DNA of 38,832 bases from Octopus sinensis (GCF_006345805.1 NW_021835741.1:1-38832); one strand, 5' to 3'. Numbered from the stretch's first letter, positions 25,391-37,330 are shown. Numbers and translations: made by a program. The notes: generated from the letters alone by a model not told the origin.

Positions 25391-26274
25391 CGTGTATTTA
25401 ATTAGAGGATATATTAACCTCTTAAAGGGATGATTGCATCACAAAAAACACTGGTTCTATACCTAATATTTGCAATACTTTTTTCGTTCGGCGTCAACAG
25501 CCCTTCTTATCTTGTTTTCCCTGTCCTGTCTTTTACTGTTATATATATTTTTTTACTGTTTATATTTTTGTACTGTCGTTACTGTCCTGTTTTTTTTACC
25601 ATTTTTTTACCATTTTTTACCCCTCTGCGAAAAGATCTCAGAATTTTAATTGATTTGCTTTTCGCAGGAAGGAAAGTTTCTTGTCGAAGATACGTCTCGC
25701 TTTTATCCTTCGAAACGTAGAGTAGATGAAACCTTAGCGACTGAAGAAGGGGTTTTTTCGTTGTGTTAATTGTCCTGTACCCCATTTTTTTGTTGTTTTT
25801 AAAAAAATGTCCTGTTCCTTTGGTTTGTGTCTATGTTTTCGTTTCTCTTTGTGTTCGACGTCCCTTTGGTGTCCTGTACACATATATGCGTGTATATGTA
25901 CATGTAGAGGTAGGTACGTACATATATGTTTATATATATGCATATGTTTTATTTCATTTATTAATATATATATATATATATATAAACACTTCACAACAGA
26001 AACAAGTCAACATGAAGGGCAACATCACAATAACTACTATTACAACAGTTGGAACAATAACAGCTGCAAAGACTGAAACAATAACAATCAGATTAGAGAA
26101 CCTCTACGTGGTCACTTGATATGCTAGAAATAACAATCAATGATACCTAAAATATCTCCTACCAACTTTAAGAGAAGGAATGTAACATTGGATAGACTGT
26201 GAATAAATTGGATAATCATGGATGGAACACTTTTGATGATATATCTGCTTGTTCAACGCTGTTGTGGCTAACGG

Positions 26275-26565
26275 CGTTAGCAACAGCTATAACGATAGCA
26301 ACGAAGATAGCAACAAGAGCAACAACAGAACTAGAACTACAGCAACAACAACAACAACAACATCAATAAGAATAACAACAGAAGCAGCAGCAACAGCAAC
26401 AACAACGACACCAACAACCACAACGATAGCAACAACATCAACAATAATGACTATAAGACAACGTCAAATAAAAAAGAAAAGAAACAACAGCAATAACAAC
26501 AAAAGTAATAACAGAACAACAGTAACAACAACAGCAACAGCAAAAACAATAGCAACAACAGCAAT
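26275..26565. repeat. Degenerate (CAA)n/(CAG)n
   Basis: Direct reading. Confidence 0.9.
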
Positions 26566-26990
26566 ATACTTAAAGTGATTTGATCCCGTAACGTTTGATT
26601 TCCAAGTCCACTTCTCTAGTGTGTGATCTCTGTTACTTGACCTTTCACTGTTCTTTACTTTTGCCGACACTCCACCCCGCCTCCCAACCGATTTATTCCA
26701 AAAATCAATATAGTGTGCTTGTGTATGTGCCTATATTTTCGACACACACTTGCACACACATGCGAAAGCACGCACCGACATTTGTATACGCTTATCTAAC
26801 ACACGTAGGTGCATACACATATTTCTCAGTCTTACCAACAAATCATCTGTCTCTCATTATTTATTAATAAATCAGTCTCTTCAGCTATCCGTCCATGAAT
26901 AGCTCTTCGTCTACATCACTCTCTTTATTGGTTGTGTGAATATATATATATATATATATTTATTTATAATGCATACATACATACATACAT

Positions 26991-27100
26991 AGGCTCGAAA
27001 CGTCAAAGACATTTCCATTCCTCCGGAGCGTCAAACTAATACACTTGCTTGTTGTTCACTCACCTGTTTCCGTCTTTTGTTTTCTGTAAATTTGAACTAT
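26991..27100 (+). mobile_element. 5'-truncated copy of the HHR-bearing element (3' half of the HHR only)
   Basis: AGGCTC-GAAAC-GTC-AAAGAC..GGAGCGTCAAACTAATAC..; aligns by eye to the reverse complement of 4051-4170. Confidence 0.65.
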
Positions 27101-27133
27101 ATATATACACACACACGCGCACGCGCACGCACG

Positions 27134-27206
<73 letters not shown>

Positions 27207-28114
27207 TTATAGGGTTTTTTACATATGGAAAAACTACCCACAACTTTGCTAAGTCGAACGTCAGCGAAAACCGGATCCTGGTTAGTTAATATATTTTTTC
27301 TACTAAAGACCCCTTTTAACCAAACAAAATTGTATACAATAACAACTTTTTTTTAGTGGTCCTATTTTACCATCCCTCCTGTTTACTCTTGTTATATATA
27401 AAATTTAATTTAATTTAGCTACATAATGAATGGTAAAAATAGTCTCTGACAGCTGTTTCTGGGATATCCCACCAATCTAACCTATATCTCTCCGCCAACG
27501 GAGACATATAGGTTAGATAGTGGAAGAAAGTTCCGTATCAATGATAGTTGTTTTGGTTCCTTATATCCAAGAGGGACATACCTATAAGCTTGGGTAGCCC
27601 GACGAAAACTCCTCCTAACCTTTGTGTACGCAAACAACGAGAAGCAAATGGGAAACAAGACAAGTAACTTTAAAAAAACGGCCCTTCATCAGTTGTCTGC
27701 TGTCCTTCTACACCTTATTTCGAGCATTGAACGACAACATAAGACTTTGAAGGCAGTTGCTCCCGCAAGCCAAAATAAAATTTGGGGTTTGAGGAGGGTC
27801 AAAGTTGGTAACAAAAACAAGGCAGTGGAGACATACAAGGAAACTTAACGAAAACAAACATGGAGGATCGACAGACCAGACGAAGTAAAGTAGTGAACAC
27901 TGGAGAAATATTGCCTTTGACAAAAGAAAAGATAGAAGAGGAGATAGATAGGAATACGCGCAGTCTGTACGACAGAACTGAAGGAGAAGAAAGATGATCA
28001 CATGAGGAAAACAAAGAAGGACGATGGTCACGTATGAGCAACGAGAGAGAGAGTAAAGGAGGAAGAGAGAGAGAGAGACAGCGAGAGAGACAGACAGACA
28101 GACAGACACTCAGA

Positions 28115-28384
28115 CAGATGGAAAACGATGAAGGGGAGAAAAAGAATTAGAGAAAGGACGAGAGAGAAAACGAAAGGAGGAGAGAGCGAGAGAGACAGAA
28201 AAAGAACAGTAATGGGTACAGTCGCATCAAAAATATTAAGATAAACTTAGTAGGAAATGGATACGTTGCGTCCAAAGTTCATCTTAATATTTTTGATGCG
28301 ACTGCACCCTTTACTGTCCCCCCCTCGTTTTCTCTCTCGTCCTTTCTCTCATTCTTTTTTCTCCCCTTCATCGTTTTCTATCTG
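28115..28384. repeat. Foldback (interrupted inverted repeat)
   Basis: Outer arms CAGATGGAAAACGATGAAGGGGAG../..CTCCCCTTCATCGTTTTCTATCTG and inner arms CAGTCGCATCAAAAATATTAAGAT/ATCTTAATATTTTTGATGCGACTG. Confidence 0.8.
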
Positions 28385-28484
28385 AAATCAGAAATTTCTG
28401 GGAGTACGTAATGCCTCGGTTCTGAATATGGCCGGTATGTGATTGTGCATTTGTTCACGTTTACTGTGTGTTGTATGTATAGGA

Positions 28485-28566
28485 CATCCTGATGAGGTAA
28501 GTGCCAATTTTAAGTATATGATATGTCTAATATTAATTGGCGCGTCTCCGAAACGGCCCGTAGATG
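28485..28566 (+). ncRNA. Type I hammerhead ribozyme with canonical core and extended stem II
   Basis: CATC-CTGATGA-GG[TAA GTGCCAATT..AATTGGCGC GTCT]CC-GAAA-CG-GCC-CGTA-GATG; GUA triplet, predicted cleavage after 28562. Confidence 0.8.
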
Positions 28567-28942
28567 GACTTCTGTGTATCTTTGTAAACTTATATTTTTG
28601 TAAACTTGTATAATTATTATCTTCTATGTACATTTCGCTAGAATTTTAATTCGTCTTTTAATATGCCTTTGTATGCTTTATTTTTATTTATTATTATTAT
28701 ATTTATTTCTCTTATTGTAACAAATTTATACTAAATGTTTTAAGCGTAAATTCAAGGTGTTATATGCAAAATTTATATTTTTATATGATATATTTATATA
28801 TTACTAAATGTTTAAATTTCTAAATGTCGGGCTTTATAGATATAAATGAGTATATGAAGATTTGTATGTGTTTGGTCTTTCTGCGGATTTTGTGATGTTC
28901 CTGTGGTTGTTACTCGCATTGCCTCCCCTCGGATAAAAAAAA

Positions 28943-28949
<7 letters not shown>

Positions 28950-29022
<73 letters not shown>
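28950..29022. repeat. (TA)n
   Basis: Direct reading. Confidence 0.95.
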
Positions 29023-29024
<2 letters not shown>

Positions 29025-29029
29025 CTTTC

Positions 29030-29250
29030 AATATGTGACCTCGTGAGTACCGCTGGCGATTTTTTTTCCTCTGTCTTCCCTTCTCGGGATCTTTCCTTCT
29101 CCTATGTTTCCGACGAAGAGTTCCGCTCGAAACGTTAAACCCTCCTTCTTCCCTTCTTTCCTGAGCGTCCAATAATACTTTATTTGTTCCACGTCCTCGC
29201 GTTGCTGTGTTTTTTTTGTTTTTTTTTTGTGTTTTCTTGTTTTGATTAAC
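29030..29250 (+). mobile_element. Short HHR-bearing element between (TA)n tracts
   Basis: Same architecture as 4051-4254: pyrimidine-rich leader, HHR, TGAGCGTCCAATAATAC motif, T-rich tail. Confidence 0.65.
29106..29140 (+). ncRNA. Minimal type I hammerhead ribozyme, core variant CCGACGA
   Basis: GTTT-CCGACGA-A-GAGT-TCC-GCTC-GAAA-C-GTT-AAAC. Confidence 0.65.
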
Positions 29251-29406
29251 TATATATATGCATGTATGTATGCATATATACCTATGTATACATATACACA
29301 CATACATACATACATACATACATACATACATACATACATACATACATACATACATACATAAATATACATATATGTATGTATATATAAATATATATATATA
29401 TACATA

Positions 29407-29593
29407 TATGGTGTGTTATGAAAATTTATGGAAAGGTATCCCATAGAACTCAACAAATTTGTTAAAAATGGAGAAGAGATGTTAAAATTTGAAACTATTT
29501 AAAATTCTTTGAAATGTTTACATCTTCTCCATTTTTAACAAATTTGTTGAGTTCTATGGGATACCTTTCCATAAATTCACTTAATACACCATA
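29407..29593. repeat. Foldback, about 187 bp
   Basis: TATGGTG..ATTTATGGAAAGGTATCCCATAGAACTCAACAAATTTGTTAAAAATGGAG matches its reverse complement on the right arm. Confidence 0.88.
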
Positions 29594-29743
29594 TACAAGT
29601 ATTATTTTCATATTCCCGAACTTACACCAGTAAGCTACTAGCAAAATATGAAGAATCTTTATTAGAAATCGCATTTTTGGAACCCTCCAAATTAAAGGAT
29701 GAAATATAATTCAACCTTTTCACACACACACACACAAGCGTAC

Positions 29744-30190
<447 letters not shown>

Positions 30191-30204
30191 AATTAAACAC
30201 AAAG

Positions 30205-31445
30205 AATGACTGTATTATCACCTATAGAATACAATATCGCAAAAGCATATTCCAAGGATACACCCTCTCTATGATGTTGTTTATACTTTCTGTAAACCTT
30301 TTGTTATTCTTGTTAAGGAAGTCTGAAGGATATCTCACTGGTTCTCAAAGAAACAGAAATACCAAAATTCCACACTGTTTCTTTGTGGATGGCTTAAAAC
30401 TTTATGCAAAGAAAATGCATGAGATGGAAAAGAGTTTTGACCTAGTTACAACATTCTCAAGGGATGTAGGGTTGGAGTTTGGTCAGGATAAATGTTGTTA
30501 TATGGTTCTGAAAAGGGGGAAACTATAAACCAGACTAGTAACATCTCCATCAATGATTTGACAGTTTTCCCTTTATCTGACGAGGAATGTTACAGGTATC
30601 TAGGGGTGGATGAAACTATATATTACAATGGCAACTGTAACAAAATACATGTCACTAAAGAATATTACAGCCGAATAAAGAAAATTTGAACCTCAGAACT
30701 CTGTATTCAATAAAACAGTGGCCCACAATGTGTTTGCAGTGCCAGTACTCATACCAAGATCTGAGCCATTGATGTGAAAACCCGAAAAATACCAACAAGC
30801 ACACATAATTTCCACATAAACAGTGACGTAGACCGCTTCTACCTAAAATGAAAACAAGGTGGTAGAGGCTTAACATCGGTCCAAAATGCCTTTGACTGTT
30901 GCCCTTCGGAAACATCTTTTAACCACCAAGCATCTCTGACCAGGTTTGTATACATGAGGCTGATAACATCATAAGACTTGGAAGGCAGCTCCTTGAGCAA
31001 CACTCTGTGTCTGATAACCTAGAATACATGCCCAAAGAAGTCGCACGACTCTACCGCAACGTATCATCAGATAAAAGGATGAGCCTATATGAGCAGAAGA
31101 CTATGCATGGATATGTTTGTAGAAAGCTCCGTGATGATAGTAACATTGATCATCAAAGCAGTTTATTATGGACGAACAAACGGATTACTACTTCCCACTT
31201 TGAAGGGTAGGCGTTTGCAATCCGGGAACAGGAAATATCAACCAAGTACCTGATGCACAAAAGGGATAGAGATGCAGAAAAAGCCGTGATATTTGACGAC
31301 CGATGCAGACTTTGCGGCCATGGTGGGAGTAAGGTGTGTGCGTTAGCAACGTTACTGGTAACTACTGGTAACTGAAGATATCACTCACATCATAGGCAGT
31401 TGTTAGAAAATGTCATCACGGTATTATCTACCGATGAGATATGAA
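30205..31445 (+). mobile_element. Decayed R4/Dong-like non-LTR retrotransposon (RT C-terminal half to zinc knuckle)
   Basis: SIFQGYTLSMMLFILSVN, HCFFVDGLKLYAK, FGQDKC, YRYLGVDE, AHNVFAVPVL, SDVDRFYL..GGRGL, MHGYV, EQEISTKY, DRCRLCGH..HIIGSC; many stops and frameshifts. Confidence 0.85.
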
Positions 31446-31630
31446 CTATCTCTGAAATCGGGTCCGATATGGTAATAACGGGATTTTTTAGAAATTTGTA
31501 TCGGCTTTCTTCGAAAAGCGTGCCTGTAGTGATAAATTAATTGGTTATTGACGCTGTGTCTTTTTTTCGGCATATTTTGGCATTAGAAAATTTTTCTCTT
31601 GCCCTTACTTATAAATTATTTATAAATTTA

Positions 31631-31939
31631 ACCTTTAAAGATATTTTTTAATATGCTGGCCATTGATAGAATTTTTTTCGGAAAATTTAATCCTACATTA
31701 GATGTTAATTTAATAGTATTCACTTCCGGACTCTCTCACTTTACGAGAGTTGATAGTTCGAATCGCACGTGTCTCGAGATGGGCTGGAGAGTTTCTATTT
31801 TGAATATATTTGGGGTACTTAATTGTGCTCGTGACTTAGTGTAGTTTCTTCCATGGGTATACCTTTAAAGGCATTTTTTAATATGCTGGCCATTGATACA
31901 ATTTTTTTCAAAAACTTTTATCCTACATTAGATGTTAAT
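31631..31939. repeat. Pair of 79-bp direct repeats, period 230 bp
   Basis: 31631-31709 and 31861-31939 (ACCTTTAAAG..ATATGCTGGCCATTGAT..TCCTACATTAGATGTTAAT). Confidence 0.85.
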
Positions 31940-31969
31940 ATATATATATATATATATATATACATACCT

Positions 31970-32095
31970 TTTAATGACTGGTACTTATTCTATCATTCTC
32001 TTTTGCCGAACCGCTAATTTGCAGGTACGTAAAAACACCAACGCCGTTGTCAAGTAATGGGGTAGGGAACAACCGCAGACACAAAGACACACAAA
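31970..32095 (-). mobile_element. Degraded SINE remnant
   Basis: ctggtacttattctatc..ttttgccgaaccgcta; reverse-strand relative of 18620-18780. Confidence 0.5.
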
Positions 32096-32212
32096 CACAC
32101 ACACGCATACACACACACGTATATATGTATACATGTCAACGTATTACACACATATATACATAGGTAAAGTGTGCATATGTGTACGCCTGCTTGTATATGT
32201 CTATATGTATGC

Positions 32213-32276
<64 letters not shown>

Positions 32277-32459
32277 ATTATTGGTTGCTGGGAACGTTCA
32301 ATACCTTTTTTAAGGTAACAATAGGAGGGCAAGAATGATTGCTCACATGGAATTGGCAAAGTAATCTTCCTCAAAATGTTCTTTATTGAAAAGCAAACGC
32401 GATGAGCTGGAGTAAATATTGGCTGTCAGGATCGGATTGAATCAAAGGGGAAACACTCC

Positions 32460-32835
32460 GCTACCACCACAATCATTATCACTACCACCACTTACACCAC
32501 CACCACCACCACCACAACAACAACAACAACCATCACCACCACCATCATCATCATCATCATCACTAACATTATCAATATTTTAATCATTTTCATCACTAAT
32601 ATTGTTTTTGTCATGATTATAATCACCAACGTCATCACCATAATCACTAATATCGTCATTATCATCATCATTGACGTCGTCGTCGTCGTCGTCCTCGTCG
32701 TCATTACTACCACCACCACCACCATCGCCATCACGACCATTATAATAGACTTAATCGAAACCAACAACATGGTCATCTTCGTCCTCATAAACATCATTAT
32801 CATGTCCATAACCATCAGCAGTATCTTCATTACTT

Positions 32836-32867
<32 letters not shown>

Positions 32868-33110
32868 AGCATTATCATCATCGTTATAATCTTCATCACC
32901 ATCATTAGTATATTCGTCATCATTATCAATATCGTCAACCCCACCACCCCACCACCACCACCACTACCACAGCCGCCGCCGCCGCCGCCACCGCCGCCAT
33001 CTTTATCGTTGTCGTCATTGTCGTTATTATCCATCATTACCAACCATAAAAACAAAAACAAAAAAACAGCAAGATCAGTATCGACATCAGTCAACAATAA
33101 CAACAACGTC
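32460..33110. repeat. Degenerate (CAC/CAT/CGT/CCG)n triplet tract
   Basis: Direct reading. Confidence 0.9.
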
Positions 33111-33329
33111 AATTGACGCCGGCTAATGTTCGAATATCTGACAGGTTTTTTAAAGAATTCCTTCTAGAATTTCTCACGTGGTGGCGGGGGTGGGTGGCGG
33201 CGACAGCCGTGATGATGGTAGGGGTGGTGGTAGATGCTGCACTGAAGTTGTTACAGTGTTTACTCGTGGTAGTGGAATTTGATGGGAAACGAGGGCGCAG
33301 TGTAGTTGATTGGAAGCGATGGTGGTGGC

Positions 33330-33425
33330 AAATGTGTTGGTGGTGGTGGTGGCGGCGGCGGCGGTGGTGGTGGTGGTGGTGGTGGTGGTGGTGGTGGTGG
33401 TGGTGGTGGTGGTGGTGGTGGTGGT
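33330..33425. repeat. (GGT)n
   Basis: Direct reading. Confidence 0.95.
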
Positions 33426-33802
33426 TGTAGATCAAGTAGACTACGGATATTACGGTAGACCTCACGTTAAAGCAGCACCGATTTTAGTCAGTAAAAATTA
33501 TGGTCATAGCAAAACGTGAATGCAAATACAGAAGGGGCAAAAGATTACAAATTGTAACATAACTGAATAAGAAAAAAGACCTGAAAGACAAATGGCTGAA
33601 TTGTGTTCTTAAATTAATGTTAAATAATTTTCATAAATTATAAAGAAATGGTGTTAGACAGAAGCATGTGACAGATAAGGAAAACAATTTCTGGGTCCTA
33701 ATTTGTAGGTGGATTTGGCAGCCAAAATGAATGTTAGGTTTCATTGGTAAAAAACGGTCGAGGCACAAAGTAAAATACATACATATGTACTAACATATAT
33801 AT

Positions 33803-33855
<53 letters not shown>

Positions 33856-34273
33856 TTATAGATGTATACATATGTATATAAATATAGAAAGTTATAGATA
33901 AATATACATGTAAATATTGACATAAACATATATGTAAATTATGTTAAGAATGTTATGCATATATATGTATGTATATGTTTGTATGCATTCCAATACGTAT
34001 ATTCTTATATCTAAAACCTACACCGGTCAAGATTGAAAACGTATCTACATGTGAAATGCATGCGCGTGTATGTGTGTATCGTGTGTGTGTGTGTGTGTGT
34101 GTGTGTATTTGTGTGTGTGTGGTGCGTGTAATATATTTTCTATGAGTAAACTCTCTAATTCAACAGCACATGGTGAGGTAAATAATCACTAAAATATCGA
34201 GATTTCCCACGAGACAACTTGGTTACTATTCTTCGATTTTTTTTTTTTGTTTTGCTTTTCTTTTTATGTGATA

Positions 34274-34773
34274 TCTATATATATAAAACTCTAGTTGTGT
34301 GAGTGTCTGTCCCTTCGATTTACATCCTAACTCCTCCCACATTTTGCGGTGCAGTTTAACCAATTCGGGTATCTTATAGTCGTGATTAATATCGAGCCCG
34401 TCTGACTATTAGCGCGCGTCAACGATGAGTCTACGATTTTAAAATATTTAACATCATTTTTTATTCCATTTTAATGCATAAAATGCATCGTGTGTCGATG
34501 GCGGCGGAGTTGGCGTCCACGCTCACAGCTGCACCTGTTTGCTTCTCCCCCTTCCCTCCTCGTGAAGCTGTGGGGAAGGGAGTGTAAAGAAATCAACGTC
34601 GTAATGCGTTGTGAAGGAGACCAGCGTTCTTTTAGACAACGGACTTCATGGCTTGAAGACACCAAAACAAAAATGGCTAAGAAAGCCCGAATTTATAAGG
34701 GAAGTAACTCTCTAAAAATGCTTATATAGTTATTTCCCTTACAAACCCGAGCAACGCCGGGCGATACTGCTAC
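34274..34773 (+). mobile_element. Non-autonomous Helitron-like element, copy 1
   Basis: Starts A-TCTATATA; ends with hairpin CCCGAGCAACGCCGGG then CTAC-T. Confidence 0.75.
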
Positions 34774-34910
34774 TATTTGATATTCATTCATTCCATTTCT
34801 TTAATTAATATAAAGTCATAGCATCATCTACCTTCAGAATCGTTGCGCACTGTCAGCGAAACTTGCTTACAGGAACAAAGATCATACTGCCTGGGCGCAT
34901 TTGTGACAAA

Positions 34911-35308
34911 TCTTTATATATAAAAATCAAGTTGTGTGTCTGTCTCCTACGATTTAGATTCCTAACTACTCCCACATTTTGCGGTGCAGTTTAACCAAAA
35001 CCGGGTATCTTATAGTCGTGATTCATATCGAGCCCTTCTGGGTATTAGCGCACGTCTACGATGAGTCTACGATTAAAAAAAAAATTGACCATCATTTTTT
35101 TCCATTTTAATGCATTTTTTTCGCTATTATATATGGGAAGTAACTCTCTAAAAATGTCTACGATGAGTCAACGATTTAAAACAAATTTACCATCATATTT
35201 TTCCATTTTTAATGCATTTTTTTTGCTATTTTTTGGCTATAACTCCCTAAAAATGCTTATATAGTTATTTCCCTTACAAACCCGAACAACGCTGGGCGAT
35301 ACTGCTAG
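34911..35308 (+). mobile_element. Non-autonomous Helitron-like element, copy 2
   Basis: Starts A-TCTTTATA; ends with hairpin CCCGAACAACGCTGGG then CTAG-T; 5' and 3' parts shared with copy 1. Confidence 0.8.
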
Positions 35309-35579
35309 TACATAAATAAGTGACAAATACGCGAGTAAGAGTACGAAGGAAAGAGAAGACAAACAAATGAAACATGAGGTCAAACAATTGAAAGCAAGTG
35401 TCCGAAAAAAGCGTAGAAATGTAAAACGAAAAAATAAGCAAAGAAGTGTACATTGAAGGTAAGTATGCTACAGGAGAAAACAGAAGGGAATCTAACGTTT
35501 TGGGTGAGATAGAAGGAAAACGAAAAAATGCACGAATCCGAATTTAAGACGCCTGTTTACATAGCATGCTTAAGTTATA

Positions 35580-35733
35580 TACATGTATGTATGTATGTAT
35601 GTATGTATGTATGTATGTATGTATGTAGGCATGAATGTAATCATGCGTATATATGAGTATTTATGCGCATGTACATATGCATACATGCATATAAACAAGT
35701 ATACATATATGTACATATGTAATATGTATATAT

Positions 35734-35776
<43 letters not shown>

Positions 35777-36016
35777 ATTCCAAACTGTCTGTTTTTATGG
35801 TTTATTTATAGTCTCATAATATTAAGTAGATATAGAATATATAGTATAAATAGTATATATAGCAAAATGAAATATTGATGTCTTATTGAATAGATGAAAT
35901 ACTGAATATAAAATGTTACGGGACTAGTACGCTTTCTTGCATTTAAGCAGTCTTCAGGGTCCCAGATTGTGATTGTCATATATATGTATATATGTATATA
36001 TATATATATAAATATA

Positions 36017-36089
<73 letters not shown>

Positions 36090-36096
36090 GATATAA

Positions 36097-36155
<59 letters not shown>

Positions 36156-36350
36156 GATAGATATATAGATAGATAGATAGATAGAAATATAGATACATAT
36201 ATATATATATATATAATATATACACAAATATATATATATATACACAACATATCACTCATGCACACATGCATGCATGCATCCATCCATACATACATATATA
36301 CATACATACATACATGCATACATACATACATACATACATACACACACACG
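35580..36350. repeat. (TATG)n/(TA)n/(TACA)n arrays with a unique spacer
   Basis: Direct reading. Confidence 0.85.
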
Positions 36351-36459
36351 AGCGTGAGCGTTGGTAAGTTGGACCCACTTCATATAAATCGCGCAAACAA
36401 GTTAACTTTTTTTTTCTTGATGATGATTACCAGTTGTCCACTCTTTCCTCTTTATATAT

Positions 36460-37330
36460 TAACTTCTCAGTGAGTCCATTTCTTGTTATTGCTTCATTAT
36501 AAGGAGAGGCGGTCCTGTAAAAGAGTTCTTTCTCTGCTGATAGTTCAGAGATTCTCCAGCTTATGATTGTGACTAGGTTTTTAATTATAAGCTAAAAAAT
36601 TGCTGGAGTTTCAGTGAATATACATGGTTTTCTCGTTGGGCTTCCAGTAAGGGTAGTACTTGCTCGTCTTCAGGTCTAGGTTACCTCCAGGAAGTCTACA
36701 TTTATCAAACTGGTGGTGACCTTTATAGATATTCCGAATTTTTTAAAGATCTTCATCAGATCCTTTCTGAACTTGTTCATGGTGTGGTTGTTTATATGAC
36801 TTGACATTGCCAGGCCGTCGTCCCTGTACAGGGCCGAGCTATGGGAGGGGGAGTGCACTTCCTAAGAGTATCCAGCATAAATAACATGACGATGTCAGCG
36901 ACGTCCACCCCTCAGTAGCTTCCCATATATACATCGAAAAGCGGGTCGCCTTCCTTCTTCACCCAGTGGAAATCATCGTGGAACAAGGTTGGCTTTCCCA
37001 CATTCATGGTGATTCTGACATCGTGGTCACTAATATTGGCAAATAGTAACGCCGTTAGTAGGATATGCAGAGTAGATTATCTATCCTTCTATCTACCTAC
37101 CGAACTACTTATCTATCCACCTGTCAAAATCCCTTCTGAAGTTTAATGATTTCATGAGGAAGGATTTTTTTATTTAGGGTAGAAAATCACAATGTCGAAC
37201 TGGGTGGCCTACAGACTGCTTTTTCTCAATGCCACGGAACCAGTCGATTACTGTGGTGCTCAATCCCATTAGATCAACTTCGTAGCCCTTCTCATATCAA
37301 AGTAGTTAATATCGAGAATACACTTACTTA
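36460..37330 (-). mobile_element. Decayed Penelope-like RT fragment
   Basis: Minus strand VIDWFRGIEK, QFDIVIFYP, WVKKEGDPLFDVYMGSY, LYRDDGLA, VDFLEVT, DLKTSKYYPYWKPN, PYNEAI; interrupted near 37060-37140. Confidence 0.88.

Noticed and set aside
32492-33519. Mucin-like or poly-His/Trp ORFs
   Set aside because: Degenerate triplet repeats are open in several frames on both strands, with no non-repetitive domain.
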